A stretch of 64,000 nt of DNA. It comes from Escherichia coli (GTDB lineage: Bacteria; Pseudomonadota; Gammaproteobacteria; Enterobacterales; Enterobacteriaceae). A program made the translations under genes and the position numbers. Below, one piece after another: positions 59,162 through 64,000 of this stretch. The notes under the pieces are model-generated. The model was not told the DNA's origin and did no database searches. It was given only the letters and a program-made list of their open reading frames with translations. Position 1 is the stretch's first letter; each line of letters begins with the position of its first letter. The stretch lies in assembly GCF_045037415.1 (NCBI RefSeq), contig NZ_CP173438.1; one strand, given 5' to 3'.

Positions 59162-59196
59162 CGCCCTGCCCGGAGCCATCCCTGCAGGGCTTTTTA
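59162..59196 (+). terminator. terminator after uspG
   Basis: ccctgc...gcaggg hairpin followed by TTTTT. Confidence 0.6.
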
Positions 59197-59202
59197 ATGC
59201 CA

Positions 59203-59235
59203 TAAAAAAGCCGCCAGGTTTGACCCCGGCGGCTA
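59203..59235 (-). terminator. terminator after ahpF (minus strand)
   Basis: On the minus strand: agccgccgggg-tcaaa-cctggcggct followed by TTTTTT. Confidence 0.65.
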
Positions 59236-59263
59236 AGCAATTACAGGTGAATCTTACTTCTTC

Positions 59264-60829
59264 TTATGCAGTTTTGGTGCGAATCAGGTAGTCAAAAGCA
59301 CTCAGAGAGGCTTTGGCACCTTCGCCAGTGGCGATGATGATCTGCTTGTACGGAACCGTCGTACAGTCACCCGCTGCGAACACGCCTTTGACGTTGGTTT
59401 CGCATTTCGCATCAATGATAATCTCGCCCATGCGATTACGTTCGACTGCGCCTTCCAGCCAGTTGGTGTTCGGCAGCAGACCAATCTGGACGAAAATACC
59501 GGCCAGTTCGATGTTGTGAATATCGCCGCTGACACGATCGCGATATTCCAGACCTACGACTTTGCTACCGTCGCCTTTCACTTCCGTGGTTTGCGCATTC
59601 AGAATAATGTCGACGTTTTTCAGGCTGCGTAGTTTGTCCTGCAGAACCTGGTCGGCTTTCATTTCTGGCGCAAATTCCAGCAGCGTTACGTGCTCAACGA
59701 TACCCGCCAGGTCAATTGCCGCTTCCACGCCGGAGTTACCGCCGCCGATAACCGCTACGCGTTTGCCTTTAAACAGCGGGCCGTCGCAGTGCGGGCAGTA
59801 GGTCACGCCTTTGGTGCGATACTGATCTTCGCCAGGAACGTTCATGTTGCGCCATTTTGCACCAGTCGCCACGATAATGCTGCGTGCTTTCAGTACCGCG
59901 CCAGAAGCTGTTTCAATCTGATGCAGGCCGCCTTCAACCGCTGCCGGGATCAGTTTGCTCGCGCTCTGGCTGTCGATCACATCAACGTCGTATTCATCAA
60001 CATGAACTTTCAGCGCACCTGCCAGTTTCTGGCCTTCGGTCTTCGGTACAGAAATGTAGTTTTCGATATCAACGGTATCGAGGATCTGACCACCAAAACG
60101 TTCGCCCATCAGACCGGTACGGATGCCTTTACGTGCGGAGTAAATTGCTGCCGCTGCACCCGCAGGGCCGGAACCAACGATTAATACGTCATAAGCATCA
60201 CGCTTGTTCAGCTCTTCTGCCGCACGTTTTTCCGCACCAGTATCAATTTTGGCAACGATTTCAGTCAACGTCATGCGGCCCTGACCAAACTCTTTCCCGT
60301 TTACGAACACTGCCGGAACGCCCATCACGTTGCGATCGGTGATTTCGTTCTGGAAGGTGCCGCCGTCAATTGCAGTGTGCTTGATGCGCGGGTTCAGTAC
60401 GCTCATCAGGTTCAGCGCCTGCACCACGTCCGGGCAGTTGTGGCAAGAGAGCGAATAATAGGTTTCGAATTCAAAATCACCGTCAATATGGCGAATCTGC
60501 TCCAGCAGAGACTGCGCTTCTTTCGACGGATGACCACCGGTCCACAACAACGCCAGTACCAGCGAGGTGAACTCGTGGCCCAGCGGGGAACCTGCAAAAC
60601 GTGGCCCCTGGTTGGAACCAGGGTTGGTAATCAGGAAAGACGGCTTACGCACCGGCAAGCTGTTATCTTCTTTAAAGGTGACTTTGTCTGACAGTTCTGC
60701 GATTTCAGCCAACAGTTCCTTGATTTCTGCCGATTTAGCGCTGTCATCCAGCGTGGCAATTAACTCAACAGGCTTGGTCAATTTCTCAAGGTAAGCCTTG
60801 AGTTGAGTTTTCATATTTGTGTCGAGCAT
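59264..60829 (-). CDS. ahpF: alkyl hydroperoxide reductase subunit F
   Basis: ORF 59264-60859; start at [10 protein letters not shown]; CxxC redox motifs and FAD/NAD GxGxxG motifs. Confidence 0.96.
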
Positions 60830-60999
60830 GTTTATCTCCTGGGCTTTAAACATCATCATGCAAGCGGCCTCTGCGGCTAGCTGGATGCAGCTTGCATCAT
60901 GGTGCGGGGAAGAAAATCGGGTGCCGCAGCACCCGAAGAATTAGGTGAATTTCCGAAGTATCTCGCGCCGGAGTTGATAGCGCGAAAGACGAAGGAAAT

Positions 61000-61563
61000 T
61001 TAGATTTTACCAACCAGGTCCAGAGACGGAGCCAGAGTTGCTTCACCTTCTTTCCATTTAGCCGGGCAAACTTCACCTGGGTGAGAAGCTACGTACTGTG
61101 CTGCTTTGATTTTACGCAGCAGGTCAGACGCGTCACGGCCAATGCCTTCAGCGGTAACTTCGATTGCCTGGATGATACCCTGCGGGTCAACAACGAAGGT
61201 CGCACGGTCAGCCAGACCTTCATCTTCACGCATGTTGTCGAAGTTACGGGTCAGGGCGCCAGTCGGGTCGCCGATCATCGCATATTTGATTTTAGCGATG
61301 GTTTCAGAGCTGCTGTGCCATGCTTTGTGGGTGAAGTGAGTATCGGTAGATACTGCGTATACGTCTACGCCCAGTTTCTGCAGTTCTTCGTAATGGTCAG
61401 CAACGTCACCCAGTTCGGTCGGGCATACGAAAGTAAAGTCAGCCGGGTAGAAGAAGAAGACGCTCCAGCGGCCTTCGGTATCTTTTTCGGTGATTTCGAT
61501 GAATTCGCCGTTTTTGAATGCCTGGTTTTTAAAAGGTTTAATTTTGGTGTTAATCAAGGACAT
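61000..61563 (-). CDS. ahpC: alkyl hydroperoxide reductase subunit C (peroxiredoxin)
   Basis: 187-aa 2-Cys peroxiredoxin (FTFVCPTE). Confidence 0.97.
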   Translation of the reverse strand: MSLINTKIKPFKNQAFKNGEFIEITEKDTEGRWSVFFFYPADFTFVCPTELGDVADHYEELQKLGVDVYAVSTDTHFTHKAWHSSSETIAKIKYAMIGDPTGALTRNFDNMREDEGLADRATFVVDPQGIIQAIEVTAEGIGRDASDLLRKIKAAQYVASHPGEVCPAKWKEGEATLAPSLDLVGKI

Positions 61564-61934
61564 CTATACTTCCTCCGTGTTTTCGATGAGATGTAAGGTA
61601 ACCAATTTTTGCCGATTCGGCTAATGCGTTTCCATTATCAAATCGATAAGTTTTACCTTACAACCTTCGTAAGACAACTTTGTGAACTTTGCACCGCCAG
61701 CGGCGATAAAAAGTAAAATGGCCCCCTTTCCAGGTGACCGTGTAATCTGAACTACCCTTTGGTATCTTCAGCACCTGCCTGCAGGCTGAGGTGTTGCCCT
61801 TACAAATGCAACAACGACATGGATTACAACACCCTCATAAACAAAGGGCAATCACCTGATCTAAGCTCTTACCTATGACAGTGATAGGTTATGCCTTTTA
61901 CTCGACTTTTGCACTGACTGAAAAGGACAAATTA

Positions 61935-62681
61935 ATGTTAAAAAAGATACTTTTACTGGCCCTGCTTCCTGCAATCGCCTTCGCAGAGGAACTTCCTGCC
62001 CCAGTAAAAGCGATTGAAAAACAGGGTATTACAATCATCAAAACGTTCGATGCCCCTGGAGGAATGAAAGGTTATCTCGGTAAGTATCAGGATATGGGCG
62101 TCACCATCTACCTGACTCCAGATGGTAAGCACGCTATCTCTGGTTACATGTACAACGAAAAAGGTGAAAACCTGAGTAACACGCTTATCGAAAAAGAAAT
62201 TTACGCACCCGCCGGACGTGAAATGTGGCAACGGATGGAACAATCCCACTGGCTCCTCGACGGTAAAAAAGACGCGCCGGTCATTGTCTACGTCTTCGCC
62301 GATCCGTTCTGCCCATATTGTAAACAGTTCTGGCAGCAGGCTCGTCCGTGGGTAGATTCTGGCAAAGTGCAATTGAGAACATTGTTGGTTGGGGTTATCA
62401 AGCCAGAAAGCCCGGCGACAGCAGCGGCAATTCTTGCCTCCAAAGATCCCGCAAAAACCTGGCAACAATATGAAGCCTCTGGTGGCAAGCTTAAGCTAAG
62501 CGTGCCTGCAAACGTAAGCACAGAGCAAATGAAAGTGTTAAGCGACAACGAGAAACTCATGGACGATCTGGGGGCAAATGTCACACCAGCTATCTATTAC
62601 ATGAGTAAGGAAAATACCCTGCAACAAGCCGTCGGATTACCCGATCAGAAAACGCTTAATATCATTATGAGGAATAAATAA
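61935..62681 (+). CDS. dsbG: periplasmic thiol:disulfide interchange protein DsbG
   Basis: ORF 61875-62681; start at [17 protein letters not shown] (signal peptide); CPYC active site. Confidence 0.94.
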   Translation: MLKKILLLALLPAIAFAEELPAPVKAIEKQGITIIKTFDAPGGMKGYLGKYQDMGVTIYLTPDGKHAISGYMYNEKGENLSNTLIEKEIYAPAGREMWQRMEQSHWLLDGKKDAPVIVYVFADPFCPYCKQFWQQARPWVDSGKVQLRTLLVGVIKPESPATAAAILASKDPAKTWQQYEASGGKLKLSVPANVSTEQMKVLSDNEKLMDDLGANVTPAIYYMSKENTLQQAVGLPDQKTLNIIMRNK

Positions 62682-62885
62682 AAGATAATTCATGGATGGT
62701 TGAAATACATCATTGCTTTTCAACCATCCTAAAAACGCATGAATTGCTCGTAACCCACCTGACAGCTATGCTATTTTAGAAAATCTTAATCCAAAGTTAA
62801 GCAGAAAAACATAATACATATAAATACAACAACATTATTGATCAAGTGAATGATTTATGGAAGAGACAATACAACGGAGTATGTT

Positions 62886-63788
62886 ATGGCTAATCTTTAT
62901 GATCTAAAAAAATTTGACCTCAATTTACTGGTTATATTTGAATGTATTTATCAACATCTCAGCATTAGTAAAGCGGCAGAATCATTATATATAACACCCT
63001 CTGCTGTTAGTCAGTCGTTACAACGTTTACGTGCGCAATTTAATGACCCGTTATTCATTCGCTCAGGGAAAGGTATCGCGCCGACTACAACAGGGTTAAA
63101 CCTGCATCACCATCTTGAGAAAAATCTCAGAGGCCTTGAACAAACGATCAATATCGTTAATAAGTCTGAACTAAAGAAAAATTTTATTATCTACGGTCCT
63201 CAGCTTATTTCTTGTACTAATAACAACATGCTAATCCGCTGTCTTAGACAAGATACTTCAATCGATATAGAATGCCATGACATACTGCTTTCAGCTGAAA
63301 ATGCCGAAGAACTGTTGGTTCAACGCAAAACTGACCTGGCAATTACGCTGCAACCAGTAATTAGTCGCTCTGTCATCTGCATGCCGTTACACACTATTCG
63401 CAATTCCCTTATATGTAGCAACAAACATCCTCGTATTACTGATACCAGTAACTATGAACAAATTATCGCCGAAGAATTCACCCTGTTGATATCTAAATCA
63501 GCAGGGATTGACGAAATTCAAATGGACATAGATGAACGTTTTATAAACCGTAAAGTTTCATTTCGCAGTTCTTCTTTGTTGACTATAATTAATAGCATTT
63601 CTGTTACTGACTTATTAGGCATTGTGCCCACCGAACTGTACGATTTACATCGTGACTTTTTGAAGTTAAAAGAAATAAAACTGGAACAACCTCTTCCTGC
63701 GGTTAAACTTTATATTTCCTATAACAAGGCTTCGTTGAACAACCTTGTCTTCTCTCGATTCATAGATCGTTTAAATGATAGCTTCTGA
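62886..63788 (+). CDS. ybdO: LysR-family transcriptional regulator YbdO
   Basis: ORF 62850-63788; LysR HTH (ISKAAESLYITPSAVSQSLQRLR); AT-rich gene. Confidence 0.88.
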   Translation: MANLYDLKKFDLNLLVIFECIYQHLSISKAAESLYITPSAVSQSLQRLRAQFNDPLFIRSGKGIAPTTTGLNLHHHLEKNLRGLEQTINIVNKSELKKNFIIYGPQLISCTNNNMLIRCLRQDTSIDIECHDILLSAENAEELLVQRKTDLAITLQPVISRSVICMPLHTIRNSLICSNKHPRITDTSNYEQIIAEEFTLLISKSAGIDEIQMDIDERFINRKVSFRSSSLLTIINSISVTDLLGIVPTELYDLHRDFLKLKEIKLEQPLPAVKLYISYNKASLNNLVFSRFIDRLNDSF

Positions 63789-63935
63789 TTCATTACCACT
63801 GACAAATAATATATTACGCATCAATTAATTCATTGTGTGAATATAAAATAATGTGCTCTATCTTGCTTCGTTTATCCTATAATTAGCGGATTCATCTCAC
63901 GAGTCACCCCGTAACGTTCAGAGAGCGTTTTTAGA

Positions 63936-64000
63936 TGTCTATTTATAAAATCCCGCTTCCACTGAATATTCTGGAAGCTGCAAAAGAACGTATTACCTGG
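63936..64000 (+). CDS. ybdN: 5' end of the next gene (ybdN-like), runs off the window
   Basis: ATG at 63936 with in-frame MSIYKIPLPLNILEAAKERITW to the window edge; identity inferred from K-12 synteny only. Confidence 0.35.

Noticed and set aside
62693-62730. Hairpin after dsbG as a rho-independent terminator
   Set aside because: Strong stem (ggatggttgaaa / tttcaaccatcc) but no downstream T-run on the plus strand, so termination function is uncertain; left unannotated.

Overview
This window reads as an Escherichia coli-type chromosomal segment, in reverse orientation relative to the K-12 map, running from the nagE start through nagBACD, asnB, the metT-leuW-glnUW-metU-glnVX tRNA operon, ubiF, miaB-ybeZYX-lnt, gltIJKL, rihA, hscC, leuS-lptE-holA-nadD-cobC, rsfS-rlmH-mrdAB-rlpA-dacA-ybeD-lipB-lipA, tatE, crcB, cspE, pagP, dcuC, dpiBA, citCDEFXG-citT, rna, rnk, uspG, ahpCF and dsbG to ybdO. 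Gene identities come from recognising the translated ORFs; no search was run. Comparisons to K-12 are from memory of the MG1655 map; intergenic spacings I could cross-check match it closely. Almost all of it is conserved core genome with no transposase, integrase, prophage or CRISPR. The most interesting element is a 625-aa gene at 15042-16919 (- strand) encoding a rhomboid-type intramembrane serine protease core fused to a C-terminal seven-bladed YVTN/YncE-like beta-propeller; it sits at the lnt-gltI junction where K-12 carries IS5 instead, and I do not recognise it as a characterised protein. A second accessory candidate is a 145-aa signal-peptide protein (6350-6787, - strand) between asnB and the tRNA operon. 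Four genes appear inactivated without any IS involvement: corC/ybeX (+1 frameshift), djlC (-1 frameshift), ybeF (C-terminal truncation) and a ybeQ remnant, with ybeR and djlB absent. Coordinates of hand-placed RNA and regulatory features may be off by a base or two.
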